Shown: positions 1 through 12,294 of the stretch, one piece after another
Position numbering within the stretch: position 1 is the first letter of the stretch
Layout of the letters: the number at the start of each line of letters is the position of its first letter
NCBI GenBank assembly: GCA_043228905.1
Contig: JBHGNT010000008.1
Location: forward strand, 13,082,001 to 13,146,000
DNA length: 64,000 bases
Direction of reading: 5' to 3'
Origin: Azolla caroliniana
Lineage: Eukaryota; Plantae; Polypodiophyta
Made by a program: the position numbers and the translations under genes
The notes under the pieces: generated by a model
Told to the model about the DNA's origin: nothing
Seen by the model: only the letters and a program-made list of their open reading frames with translations
Database searches by the model: none

Positions 1-1266
1 ACTGCCGAATCTGCTATTCCAGGTCCTATCTGTTCGCATTTACGGAAAACACACACAGAGTAAAACATTGTAGATACAAAGACACTATTAGGCAATAGAT
101 CGTTCCATGCCTTCTGCATTAGAATCTGATCTAGCACACAAACAAACAAAAATCGACTCCATTCTCCCTGATGAGGGAAATTAGCTACTGTTTTTATTGC
201 TTTTGGGTCCAATATGTCGTATTTGTTCTTCCTGGAAGAGTGATATATCTCTCAATTTCAAAACTTAGGGCCCACCTGTTGTAAGTCGGTGGAGCAGAGA
301 ACCACAGTTCTTCTCAAAGGGTCTGAATGCAGAGACAGCAAATGAAGAGGAGAAACTCTGAGAGAGCAAGACATACATAGATGAGGGCGGCAATAGTTCT
401 GCCCTACTTCATTTCAGCAGAGAAATTTTCCCCGAAAAAAGAGCACAGAACATTTTGGCCTTTCCACACTTTGTACATGTATCTATGTACATGTAACAAT
501 CTCCCACTAAAAGGCCTAAACTAAGAGTACGAACAATAGAAGGTTGAACTATACAGGGCCTATACCTCCCACCTGATGGGCATGTTACATAGGCACTAGG
601 TGATCCCCATCAAGTGACAACAATGCTCCAATGCATCTTGTGGTAAGGCCTTCATCAATGCATCTGCGGCATTTTCTCGAGAAACGACCTTCTCAAGGCT
701 AATACAACCATTAGCTAAGCATTCCCGAATGAAATGGTATTGCACTCCAATGTGATTGGTCTTTGCATGATATACTGGGTTCTTAGCCAAAGCAATGGCA
801 CTCTGACTATCACAAAACAATTTGGGTACATGTGGGGGTATACCTATATCATGAGCTAATCGAGAAAGCCATATTGCTTCCTTACATGCCTCATTGGCTG
901 CAATATACTCTGCCTCTGTAGTTGACAATGCAACACATTCTTGAAGATGAGATCTCCGAGCAATGGCACCTACCATAATTTGAAAAATGTACCCTGAAGT
1001 AGATTTCCTACTATCAACACATCCAGCATAATCTGAATCTGTGTATCCGATGATAGAGACATTACCTCTACACAAACATAGACACTTATCTTTAGTGCCA
1101 CGCAAATATCTCAACATCTGACTTGACTGCATCCCAATGTTTCTTACCAGGATTTGACATAAATTGACTTATCGCTCCCACTGCAAATGCAATGTCTACT
1201 CTAGTAGCGACCATGGCATACATAAGACTACCAGTAGCAGATTGATAAGGAATCTTGGTCATGATT

Positions 1267-4200
1267 TAAAGGTAAAGAGGGATGTTTGACGGATCAGCTA
1301 TTGAGAGATGACGTTCAGCAAACAGGACTGTAGTAGAGATAAGAGTAGAGACACACAGATCTTTGGTGTACCCAACCGCCTTGATTGGTACACAAGAAAA
1401 AAGAAGGTTATTATATTAGTTAACCTTACATAGAAAGTGGTGTGTTCACATTATAAAAGGAGGTGTCCTGTCCAGGTGAACAATGTGTTCACATATACGA
1501 ATAATTACCTAATTTGTGAACTACGGGCCTTTACACCTAACAACCTCCCACTTAAAGGTCCGATGTGAACATTCAAGTAACTCCCACTAGCTGTATGCAA
1601 TGCTCATGTTGAGCTTTGCCAAGACTTTTAGTGAGAATATCTGCAGGATTATCCTGTGTTTTGATCTTGGTCAATGTTACTAGACCATCCTCCAAAACTT
1701 GTCTGATAAAGTGATGTCGCACATCAATGTGTTTGGTGCGCGAATGAAACATGGCATTCTTAGCCAGATACACAGCACTCTGGCTATCACATCCTAACAC
1801 AGGAGTACTAACAGACATGCCAAGATCTTCACCAAGTCTACTGAGCCATATAGCTTCCTTTGAAGCTTCTGTAGCTGAAATATATTCAGCTTCAGTAGTA
1901 CTCAGTGCTACAATCTTTTGCAATTTGGAGCACCAAGACACTGCTCCACCAGCAACTGTAAATATATACCCGCTAGTAGACTTACGTGTATCCAAGTCAC
2001 CTGCCATGTCTGCATCACAATATCCCTGCAAATTTAATGCACCCTTCCCATAGCATAAACATTTTCTCTGTGTACCTTTAAGATACCTGAAAACACACTT
2101 GACAGCCTCCCAATGTGCTTTCCCGGGATTAGACATATAGCGACTAACAACTCCCACTGCATAAGCAATATCTGGACGAGTAGCTACCATAGCATACATT
2201 AGAGAACCACATGCTGATGCATAAGGAATTCCCTTCATAGCATTGATTTCCATCTCATCCTTTGGACAATCAGCCTTGCTGAGTTTAAGATATGACGGCA
2301 AAGGAACTCCAAGGGACTTTGCTTCTGCCATATTAAATCTGTTAAGCACTTTTTCAATGTACTTTTCTTGTGACAAAAACAACAATTTGTCTTTTCTGTT
2401 TCTACTGATTCTCATGCCCAAAATATGCTCTGCATTTCCCAAATCTTTCATAGAGAAGACCAATTTCAGTTGATCTTTTAGAGCATCAAGACTAGTCTTT
2501 CTTTTCCCAGCTAGCAACATATCATCCACATATAGAACAAGTATGATAGGACTGTCATCGATATCCTTTTTCGTGTATAAACAATGATCTGCATAGCTAC
2601 GATCAAAGCCTTGAGAAAGCATAAAAGTATCAAACTTCTTATACCACTGTCGTGGTGCTTGTTTTAGGCCATACAAGCTACGTTTTAGTTTGCATACCAA
2701 ATGCTCCTTGTTAGAGACTACAAAACCCTCAGGTTGTTTCATGTAGATCTCTTCATCAATATCACCATGCAAAAAAGCGGTCTTTACATCCATTTGGTAC
2801 AACTCCAAATTAAGCATTGCAGTGAGAGCAAATAGCACACGAAGTGTGGTCATCTTCACAACAGGAGAGAAGACCTCTTGGAAGTCAATACCTTCCTTCT
2901 GTGCATAACCCTTGGCAACTAATCTTGCCTTGTATTTTGGTTTCCCTTCAATTTCCTTTACCTTATAAACCCACTTATTTGGAAGAGCTTTCCTTCCTTG
3001 AGGTAAGGACACAAGATCCCATGTATCATTTGCATATAAAGATTTTATTTCTTCTTGCATTGCAAGCTCCCACTTACTACTAAGTTCACATGACATTGCC
3101 TCCTTATAAGTAAGAGGTTCACCCTCATCTGACAGCATGACATAATGCAAAGAGGGGTCATATCTATATATCTGCCTCCTTGAACGATTAGACCTACGTA
3201 CCCAATGATCAGTATTTTCTGGGATTGGTTCTAAATCTGGAGGAAAATCATTTTCAGCACTTTCTGGCTGTTGCGAACCATGTCCAGCATGTTGTTCGAC
3301 ATCTATATTTTGTTCTTCAGTACCTTCATCTCGTTGACCAATATCTTCATGAGCATCTCTTTGCTGTCCAACTTCTTCTGGCTCAAAGATAACCGGTTGA
3401 CCATCATATTCAACCTTTGGTATAGCATCATGAGGTTTATTTTCAGATTTTGTGGATGGCTGTAATTGCTGAAATGTAACGCTCTTAGAGTTCCCAACAG
3501 AGGAACAAGCATTTTTCAGCAATTTTTCTTCATTAAAAACAACATCCCGGCTGCGTACAATTTTTCTGGACTGAGGTAACCAAATCCTATAGCCCATTTC
3601 ACCTTCATCACCATAGCCCATAAAAATGCCCATGGTGGACTTAGCATCGAGCTTATTTCTCAGCTCACTTCTAATGTGTACAAACGCATCACAACCGAAA
3701 ATTCGTAAATGGTCATATGAAGCTGGTTTGCCAGACCAAACCTCCTCAGGGATTCCATTTTTTAAGGACTTGTTGGGAGAACGATTACATATATGAACCG
3801 CGGTTTTTAATGCTTCTCCCCAAAATTCATGAGGGAGATTAGCTGTGGACAGCATGCATCGTACTCGCTCACACAAGGTCCTATTATACCTTTCTGCCAC
3901 CCCATTTGATGAAGGGTTATATGGAGCAGTAAGCTCTCTTTTAATACCATGTAAGTCACAATAAGACTTAAATTCTGCAGATGTAAACTCACCCCCATTA
4001 TCTGTTCTGAGACATTTCAGTTTTGTCCCTTTTTGAGTAGTCACAAATGCATGAAAAGATTTAAATGCATCAAATGCATCACCTTTTCTTTTCATCAAGT
4101 ACACCCAAATCTTCCTAGAATAATCATCGATAAAGGAAATAAAATATGCAGCACCGCCCAAGGATTTTACAGGCATGCTACATACATCAGAATGCACCAA

Positions 4201-6204
4201 ATCTAGCACATTTGGTTTACGAGAGATACCAGAATAATAAGAATTTCTCACTTGTTTGCCAAATAGACAATCATTACAAAAAACCAGCTTTGATCCTTTA
4301 ACATCAAATCTTTTTAAAGCAGAAAGGACTTCAAGTCCTTTTTGGCTCATATGTCCTAATCTCTTATGCCAAAGCTCTAAACGAGAGTCGAATTCAGCAA
4401 TAGCAAGAAACTTTCCAGGTAAAGCTTTACATTGCAAACAGTACAGAGTGCCCTTTTTGCAACCTTTCACAATAACCATAGATCCTTTCTTTAGTTTCCA
4501 TAATCCACCACCGAATAATGTGGTGTAACCATGCAAATCCATTTGTCCTACAGATAGCAAACTTTTCTTAATGCCAGGTACATACCTAACATCTTTGAGC
4601 ACAAGCTCTTGACCATTATCCAAAGACAAGTGTATGGTTCCAATACCATCAATATTGCAAGCACTATTGTTACCAAGATAAACTTTTCCATAACTGCCTG
4701 CATCAAATGTGGTAAAGCACTCCAAACATGGAGTAACATGAAAAGAAGCCCCAGAGTCTACTATCCATGTCTGTGTCAATCCATCATCGATTGACAATAA
4801 AGCATCAATAACATCTGTTTTGGTGATTTGCATGTCTTGAACATGAGCTATAAAGGCATCACCTGTAATACAAAGTACATCACCATCTTCACCAGATAGC
4901 TCTTCAATGATAACATTTGAAGCCATATTAGCTTTCTCTGTTGTATTAAACTTATCCTCTTTGTTTTTCTTCTCTCCAACATTCTTCTTCCTTTCTAGTT
5001 CCATCTTCCAATATCTACAATCAGGTTTCTTATGACCTTTACGGCCACAATGATAGCAAGTGATATCTTGTTGTTTTCCTTTCCCTCTACTCTTACTTCT
5101 ATTTCTTTGTCCTACATTTGGGTTCCTCTTATCATATCTCCCCCTAATATTGTATGCTGAACCACTACCTTCTCCGCTAGATTGTCTTCTAATCTCTTCA
5201 CTGAGAATAGAGCCCCGCACACCATCGAAGGTCAAGGTGGGGCTATTAGATAGTGAAACAACTAATGTTTCCCACGAATCCGGTAAAGTCATAAGTAGGA
5301 AGATAGCTTTGAGCTTGTCATCAAAAGCTGGTAATCCTGAATCTTGTAGTTGGGAGAGAGTACCTGTGAATAAAGATAGATGCTCTGTTGCACCTTTCGA
5401 CTCATCAAGCCTCATACTGACAAGTTTTCTCATCAAATGCACCTGATTCACAGGAGTAGTATTCTCGTAAGTTTTCTTAAGTTTCTCCCAAACTTGATGG
5501 GCAGTAGTCAAGCCCTTTACATCTACAAGAATTTCATCAGAAACAGCCATTTTAATATATGTAATGGCTTTCTTATTCAGAGTGTTCCAAGCATCATTTT
5601 CCATGCTCTCTGGTTTCGTTTCTACAAGAGCATCTTCACAATCTCTTAGAAAGAGGATGCCCAGCATACGCTCTTTCCATAATTCGAAACCTTTTCCATC
5701 AAATCTCTTGATTTCAAAGAGGTTTTTCACTTCAGCTGAAGTGGAGGCCATTGCTCCCAAGATTTATGACAGATGCCTTCAGAAATTGAGCAGAATACCA
5801 ATAGAAAAGGGTCTGACAGATTTTTTATTTTTTTATTTTTTTTATTTTTTAAATCTGTGTTTTCTGCTGATTCTGAATCTAAAGAAAAACAGCAAAGTAG
5901 AGGAAAGAGATTTGGCTCTGATACCAGTTAAAGGTAAAGAGGGATGTTTGACGGATCAGCCATTGAGAGATGACGTTCAGCAAACAGGACTGTAGTAGAG
6001 ATAAGAGTAGAGACACACAGATCTTTGGTGTACCCAACCGCCTTGATTGGTACACAAGAAAAAAGAAGGTTATTATATTAGTTAACCTTACATAGAAAGT
6101 GGTGTGTTCACATTATAAAAGGAGGTGTCCTGTCCAGGTGAACAATGTGTTCACATATACGAATAATTACCTAATTTGTGAACTACGGGCCTTTACACCT
6201 AACA
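1267..6204 (-). mobile_element. Intact young Ty1/copia element B inserted in the RT region of A
   Basis: 276-bp LTRs at 1267-1542 and 5929-6204 with one visible mismatch. TSD TGATT at 1262-1266 and 6205-6209. iMet PBS 5915-5926; PPT 1543-1552. Confidence 0.97.
1573..5751 (-). CDS. Copia gag-pol polyprotein (Gag, CCHC, PR, IN, RT, RNase H), about 1392 aa
   Basis: Uninterrupted ORF with CYHCGRKGHKKPDC, WIVDSGAS, WHKRLGH, VHSDV/RTDNGGEF, LYVDDML and YCDADMAG. First ATG is at 5751; the track start at 5760 is TTG. Confidence 0.96.
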   Translation of the reverse strand: MASTSAEVKNLFEIKRFDGKGFELWKERMLGILFLRDCEDALVETKPESMENDAWNTLNKKAITYIKMAVSDEILVDVKGLTTAHQVWEKLKKTYENTTPVNQVHLMRKLVSMRLDESKGATEHLSLFTGTLSQLQDSGLPAFDDKLKAIFLLMTLPDSWETLVVSLSNSPTLTFDGVRGSILSEEIRRQSSGEGSGSAYNIRGRYDKRNPNVGQRNRSKSRGKGKQQDITCYHCGRKGHKKPDCRYWKMELERKKNVGEKKNKEDKFNTTEKANMASNVIIEELSGEDGDVLCITGDAFIAHVQDMQITKTDVIDALLSIDDGLTQTWIVDSGASFHVTPCLECFTTFDAGSYGKVYLGNNSACNIDGIGTIHLSLDNGQELVLKDVRYVPGIKKSLLSVGQMDLHGYTTLFGGGLWKLKKGSMVIVKGCKKGTLYCLQCKALPGKFLAIAEFDSRLELWHKRLGHMSQKGLEVLSALKRFDVKGSKLVFCNDCLFGKQVRNSYYSGISRKPNVLDLVHSDVCSMPVKSLGGAAYFISFIDDYSRKIWVYLMKRKGDAFDAFKSFHAFVTTQKGTKLKCLRTDNGGEFTSAEFKSYCDLHGIKRELTAPYNPSSNGVAERYNRTLCERVRCMLSTANLPHEFWGEALKTAVHICNRSPNKSLKNGIPEEVWSGKPASYDHLRIFGCDAFVHIRSELRNKLDAKSTMGIFMGYGDEGEMGYRIWLPQSRKIVRSRDVVFNEEKLLKNACSSVGNSKSVTFQQLQPSTKSENKPHDAIPKVEYDGQPVIFEPEEVGQQRDAHEDIGQRDEGTEEQNIDVEQHAGHGSQQPESAENDFPPDLEPIPENTDHWVRRSNRSRRQIYRYDPSLHYVMLSDEGEPLTYKEAMSCELSSKWELAMQEEIKSLYANDTWDLVSLPQGRKALPNKWVYKVKEIEGKPKYKARLVAKGYAQKEGIDFQEVFSPVVKMTTLRVLFALTAMLNLELYQMDVKTAFLHGDIDEEIYMKQPEGFVVSNKEHLVCKLKRSLYGLKQAPRQWYKKFDTFMLSQGFDRSYADHCLYTKKDIDDSPIILVLYVDDMLLAGKRKTSLDALKDQLKLVFSMKDLGNAEHILGMRISRNRKDKLLFLSQEKYIEKVLNRFNMAEAKSLGVPLPSYLKLSKADCPKDEMEINAMKGIPYASACGSLMYAMVATRPDIAYAVGVVSRYMSNPGKAHWEAVKCVFRYLKGTQRKCLCYGKGALNLQGYCDADMAGDLDTRKSTSGYIFTVAGGAVSWCSKLQKIVALSTTEAEYISATEASKEAIWLSRLGEDLGMSVSTPVLGCDSQSAVYLAKNAMFHSRTKHIDVRHHFIRQVLEDGLVTLTKIKTQDNPADILTKSLGKAQHEHCIQLVGVT

Positions 6205-6432
6205 TGATTTCCTTGTCCTCATCAGATGTGGGGTGCTCAGCTTTACATATGCAGGCAATGGAGTGCTCAACGGCTTTGCATTCTCCATATTAAACCTCTT
6301 GAGTACTTTGGATATGTACTCAGCCTGAGATAAGTAAATGCATCGTTTACTCCTTCATGAGTAATACGCATACCGAGAATATGTTTTGCGTCCCCCAAAT
6401 CATCCTTCATGTCAAAAGTCTGACTCAAGTTT

Positions 6433-7103
6433 TGTTGAGAAATCATTGCGGAATAGATCACAATAAATGAACTACGCGCTGAAATACGAATCACAGAAAT
6501 GCCAGAAAGACAAGATAAACAAGATGTACACAGAGATTTACGTGGAAACCCTAAAACGGGGAAAACCACGGGTGAACAGAACTTCACTATACAAATAGTG
6601 GATATACAATAGTGAGAAGGTTACAACACTCTCTCACGAGTGCATCAGCTGCCCAGGGCTCTTCGCGTCTGCTGTTACACACACAGCTATGGCACGACTC
6701 TCACTTCTCTCTCTCTCCCTCTCACTCTCTACACAACTACTTCTGTTTCAACTCTGTTCATCACACACATAAAGTTTGCCCTAGTTGTATATATACCTAT
6801 ACAACTTTCTGGCTATTTACATACGTAGTCCTAATGGGGCGCACACTTAGACTATTTACAGATATAGTCTCCCGAGTTGGCTATTTACACGATTCTAGTT
6901 TCGGCCTCGGCTGAGTCACTCATCAACTCGGCTCCTCTCTCTCCCCATCCGAGAGACCTGTTTCCTAACATCATCATCATTATTATTACTATAATAAAAA
7001 TAGTCGAATCTTCAAACAGTCGACTCACTGTTTTTCGACTCTTCGACTGTCGGCTTTCCGATCAGTCGGTTCTTCCTCTCACTGGAGAGACATATTCCCA
7101 ACA
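6433..7103 (-). mobile_element. Solo LTR C inserted in element A
   Basis: TGTTG...CAACA ends; TSD AGTTT at 6428-6432 and 7104-7108. Shares TTTACGTGGAAA with the LTRs of E and H, and AAGTTTGCCCTAGTTGTAT with the LTR of E. Confidence 0.85.
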
Positions 7104-7928
7104 AGTTTTTCTTCAACAAGGATAACTCATCCTTGTTTTTACCAACGATAAACATGTCATCAACATAGAGTATCAACATAATAGAACTCTCATCTGAATA
7201 TTTTTTCGTATGAAGGCAAGGATCCTCATTGCTTCTAGTGCACCCTTTAGTCTTCATAAAAGCATCAAACTTTTGGTACCACAATCTTGGGGACTGCTTA
7301 AGCCCGTACAAGCTCTTCCTGAGTTTACATACCAAGTGTTCTTTGCCTGGGATTTCATAACCTTCTGGTTGTTCCATATAGATCTCCTCATCAAGATCCC
7401 TATGCAAGAAAGCAGTCTTTACTACTGATTCCAACTCTGCCAAATGTAGTGAGGTCTCCCACCACAACTTATTTCCACTGAAAAATATGTTGAACAAGCG
7501 TGAGTGTTTGAATCAAAGGAATACCTGTGGATAGCAGACTTTTTTCTTCCTGTCGAAAGAGAAAGAAATGCTGAAGATGCCCAACAGCAGATCAATGCTT
7601 CAGCCATTCTCCGACACTCGTTGCTACAATCTCCCTGGCTCCCTATTGCGGTCTCCCAACGCTCTGATACCACTGTTGTAAGTCGGTGGAGCAGAGAACC
7701 ACAGTTCTTCTAAAGGGTCTGAATGCAGAGACAGCAAATGAAGAGGAGAAACCCTGAGAGAGCAAGACACATATAGACGAGGGTGGCAATAGTTCTGCAC
7801 TACTTCATTTCAGCCGAGAAGTTTTCCCCCAATAGCTACAAAAGAATAATAGAAAGGGAAAAAAAGAGCGCAGACTATTTTGGGCTTTTCACACTATGTA
7901 CATGTATCTATGTACATGTAACACCACC

Positions 7929-10900
7929 TAACAGTAATTACCGAGTGATTATCTGCATCCACATAACAAGAGTGAGTAGAAGGAATTTCTTCTGCATCTT
8001 TAGAGTGCCAAGACGAATTTTATCTTGTAGTCATTGGATCATGATATCTATAGAATCCAAAACTCAAGAACCACAGGTCATCAAAGGTGTAGAAGCAGTG
8101 ATCAGGTGAAAAATCATAGGGCAAGCCCTCTTATGTTTTATCCCATAGCGACATCCTCTTCTTAATGTCAAAGATTTTTCTCTGTTAGCAAAAACGTGGA
8201 TATCAAGATGTGGAATAAAATTTCAAGTAGCATCATGTAGGTGCCCTAACTTATGATAATGGACAACTTATATACAAGATGAATGGCTTTCCAATTTCAT
8301 TCTAGATACACATCTCATCTACAGATGTTCTTTCTCGAAGGTGGTGGAATTTGAGGCTGGATTGTATCTAACTGGAACCAAGTTCTTAAAATATCGTTAC
8401 CTTATATCGTTACCTCCTCATCCCTGACAACGTCATGACTTGTGGACAATCTATTTGTTTGTCATGTACATGTGGAGGCCGGGAGCACATATGGTTGCCT
8501 CCTACATAAATAGAGGTTCCTTGGTGTTGAATAACCATACTCAGGTATGAGGCTCCTGCAAGTTGCAATGTCATTCTAGCAGGGCTACAGATGCGTATCC
8601 TTGAGTAAGTCAATCCTTGGCGGCCTCTATCATAGAGAAGCGCTCATTTGTGCTTATAAATATGACTCCTAAATATACATTCAACTTACCCTCATGTTAG
8701 AGTGAAGATAACTTGTCTGCAAGTTGGCATGTATGTGTTGAAGATCATGTGTTTAGTCTTTCCATGGTTTTTAATGAGAATCTTTTTTGCAGCAATAACC
8801 ATCAAAAGCATTGAGATGATGTTGTAGACCTCTGTGAGATTTAGACACCAAAATTAAGTCATTAGTGTAAAGAAGAATGTGGAGTGGTTTACCTGATATG
8901 TCAATTCCCTCACTGCCTACGCAATCTGGTTCCTGTTGATGTACAATTTAAAGTGTGTAGGGGAGAGTGGACATCCTTGACTCACACCAAGGATGCTTGG
9001 GATGACGTCCAATAGTCCCCATGGACACCTAAATCATCCCAACACTCACTCATAGTGTATCTGTTGCTGACATCATGTCAGATGGAAGTGTGAATGCACT
9101 TGGTAAAGTATCAAAGGCCTTCAAGAAATCTACAAAGCATCCACAATCTCATCTTTTGCGCCTTTTTTTGATCCACTAGGAAATGTAATTAATGTAAGGT
9201 GTGTTTTTTGGTACAGAAAACTCTCATAAATTCTGCTTGACCTAGGGCTCGTATCTTTTTGACCTTGGTAGAAGTGTTGAGTTTGGCCTCGAGCACTGCT
9301 TTATAGAGTTTGGTGAGTATGTGGCCAATCATGATACTCAATAATTCTTTGGTTGATGGGATCCCTTGACTTATCGATAGTCCCAATCATGTGCATGGTC
9401 CATGTGTTGGGACGGCCCTCTCGACGAGGTCCAATTGATTTTATGTGCAACAGTAAGGGTGATTGTGTTATCTGTAAGGGTGATTGTGTTATCTGTAAGG
9501 GTGTGTTGTTGGTCCTTGGCCCTTGCGGACAATACACCATCACAACTAACTTGTCCCTTCTCTCGAGGATATTGTCAATTATGCTCCTGCCACCTCCTAG
9601 TGATAAACATGTAAGGCTGCTAGAATCTGGCCGTGAATTCATCCCACTGTAGATTACCAAGTGATGTCTAGACAATGGCTCTAATTGATGTTTTCCATAT
9701 TTTGTGGCCTTGTTTCCAAGTGCATCATCTGTGGGTTTTTAACCAAGTCATAAGTATCAGGTTGTCTATTTTTTCTTGTTATTGAAGTCTTGAATGAGGA
9801 ATTACGTTGCCGAGACTTGAGTGTCACATAATGCTATTAGATTGGACATTTTAGGGTGATTCAATTTTTGTCTCTCAGTTCCTGATTGTTGTCCTTCACT
9901 TCTGTAGATCTGGTCCTAGATTTCAGTCAGATCCACATGCATCTAGCCTCTGCATCCTGATCCACTAGTTGTTTTGTGGATATATATGGCTTGTCTGAAA
10001 AGAAATAAAATCCAGCCGAGCCTTGTGATGTACTTTGTCTGGTGTTTTTCTTGTTTGTAGACTCCCATTGAAATCCTACACTTGGGGGTTCATTACTTGA
10101 TCTGTGGTTGTAAGGTTTGTTGGAAGAGAAATAATATTCCACCTGACCCTTGTAATTGTACTTAGTCTACTGGTTTTCTTGTTTGCAGGATCCCATTGAA
10201 AATGCCCTCCCACTTGAGTTAGAATTTCTTTGGGCTTTCGTGTGTTTCTGTGATGAGCATGTATCCCCTACCTCGACCTCTTCCATTCTTATCAGGTGTG
10301 TCCAAAGTGATTCATTGCAGTTCCAAACTGCAATGTGTAGCTCTCATTTTTCTGTGCAATAGGCCACAAATTCCCATTTTAATGGCCTTGCTTGGGGTTG
10401 GCATTTAGGGACTCATGAATGCCTGTGACTCGAACATTTGAGTCATCTTGCATACCTCATCTGTTCTTAATATGACTTCCTCATCTTTTGGACTTGTTTC
10501 TTATCTACCTTCACCAATCTAGACTCTTTTGCTTTGATTTCCATTTTTACCTCTTTGACTACCTTTTTCTTCTTCGATGTATAGGTTGTTGACTTCAACC
10601 TCATTGACTAGGGCAAGTTCTACCATTACCTTCCCTTTTTAAAGATTATTGGCCACCTCTTTTAAACTCGATTTGATGTTCTAAAGTTGTCAACTTTGCC
10701 TTCTTTGTTCTTGGTAATTTTCAGCTTCGTTGCTTCATATTTACTCAAATATGTTTGTTTTCTTATTCATGGATAGAGATAGGACGTTTTAAGGCATTAA
10801 TGATTGTATTTGATTTCTTATTTGAGTCTATCAAATCACAAAGTGTTTTCTCAATTTTTGTTAGACGCCCTCACTCTTCTCGAGTGTTGTGATGAGCTCA

Positions 10901-11300
10901 ATAGTTGTATGGATAGTAGAGGTAAGGAAAAAAGATATGGTAAGAAATTTTAAAATGCAGTGACAGGAAACTGGAAGGTGCAACAAACATTAAAAACCCT
11001 AAATGCAAGAAAAAGAAACCTTAAAAATAGAGGATGAAAGAAACAAACCCTAAATCACATCAAGAAACCTAAAACATAGTAAGAAATTCTAAAATGCTGT
11101 TAGAGTAGACCCTAAAACACAAAAAGAAAGCCTAAAACGTAGAAAGAAATTCCAAAGTGCTATTAAAAAAAACTCTAAAACACCAACATCCTAAAATGCA
11201 GCAAGAAACCCTAAAATGCAATAAGAAAACCTAAAAGCAGCAAGAAACTGTCAAACGCAGTAAGAAAGTTTAACACAGCAACCAAGCAGAGAGAGATGGA
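7929..11300 (-). mobile_element. Old degenerate LINE (ORF1, APE and RT remnants) related to the LINE at 39.8-50.8 kb
   Basis: Minus-strand fragments CFVDFLKAFDT (about 9110-9140), MIGHILTKLY..RALGQAEF (9189-9386), FQWES..QGSAG (about 10020-10075) and an NVRV ORF1 motif (about 10430). Boundaries approximate. Confidence 0.75.
10940..11285. repeat. Degenerate ~20-bp tandem array (AAGAAACCCTAAAATGCAG-like), probably the 5' UTR of the old LINE
   Basis: Recurrent aagaaa(c)cctaaaa units with telo-box-like AAACCCTAA, lying upstream of the ORF1 remnant. Confidence 0.6.
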
Positions 11301-11450
11301 GATGGAGAATAGAATTGATATTCTATCGTCCATGATGAGGCCAATTTTGCCTATGGGATTAAAGCAACCTATCATCTTGTATGTGACTGCTTTCTAAGAA
11401 GGGGGATTACTACTGTGGTAAAAACTCTGTTACGACTCTCAAAATAACTC

Positions 11451-11475
11451 AGAGAGAGAGAGAGAGAGAGAGAGA
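11451..11475. repeat. (AG)n microsatellite just upstream of the ENT splice acceptor
   Basis: Direct reading. Confidence 0.95.
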
Positions 11476-11503
11476 AGTGATACTTGTTTTGTATGCATTT
11501 CAG

Positions 11504-12294
11504 GAGTGCTGGTCTCTGTTTTGCGTATAATAACAAAAGCAGTCATGCCACAAAATAACTCGGGCATTGTGGCAAGTGCATATCTCTATTTCAGTGTTAG
11601 TGCAGTGTTAATGGTTGCATGTGTTGTTGGTTATAATGTTGTAGAAAAGCTACCCATCATGCAACATTACAGAAAACTTAGGACCACAACAATTGAAGCT
11701 ACCTACCTTTTGGAGTACGTGCATATTGACAAAGAAACTGACGCATTAGTGGTTCCAAACTCTAGTAAAGGTGGAAAGTTGGACACAAAGAAACTAGTAT
11801 CTTATCGGCACATTTGGAAGAAAATACAAGGATTTGCTTTGTCTGTAGCCTTTATATATGTGGTAACATTATCTATCTTTCCTGGCCACATAACTGAAGA
11901 TTTACAGTCAACATTCTTTGGAGATTGGTATGCAATATTGTTGATTTCGTTTTATAACATTGCTGATCTGATTGGGAAGTATCTTGCGAGTCATAAGCTA
12001 TTTACGACCGAAAACAAAGTCTTTGCCATTGGAGGAAGTCTAGGGAGGGTTGTGTTTTACCTTCTCTTTTATTTATGTCTACACGGACCTAGTTTCTTCC
12101 AAGCAGATTCTGTAGTTATGGTTATAACTTTCTTATTAGGCTTAACCAATGGGTATTTCACAGTGATTCTTATGGTTCTTGCACCTAAATCTGTACCTTT
12201 AGAGGAAGCTGAGGTGGCAGGCTTCTTGATGGTTCTGTTTTTGCTGTTGGGGCTTGCTGGAGGATCTATGGTTGAGTGGATATGGGTTCTTTAA
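11504..12294 (+). CDS. ENT1: Equilibrative nucleoside transporter (ENT1-like, SLC29 family), terminal exon; 5' exon not found in the window
   Basis: Acceptor TTTCAG at 11498-11503, then GVLVSVLRIITKA, YVVTLSIFPG, YNIADLIGK, LGLTNGY, APKSVP..AEVAG and the C-terminal WIWVL*, all typical of plant ENT1-type proteins. Confidence 0.9.

Larger units (their letters stand above)
277..7923 (-). mobile_element. Ty1/copia element A, internally deleted, host of two later insertions
   Basis: LTRs 277-498 and 7674-7923 (TG..CA, diverged, with an indel of about 30 nt). TSD CCACC at 272-276 and 7924-7928. tRNA-iMet PBS (rc TGGTATCAGAGC) at 7661-7672; PPT at 499-508. Only RT and RNase H fragments remain (VKTAFLH, LYVDDM, GYTDSDYAG, ALSTTEAEY). 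Confidence 0.92.

Noticed and set aside
1-30. Possible end of ENT exon 1 (T-A-E-S resembles GTAAS)
   Set aside because: No GT donor at the required phase and only a weak match.
10940-11285. Interstitial telomeric array
   Set aside because: CCCTAAA motifs are isolated within a ~20-bp unit, not 7-bp tandem repeats.
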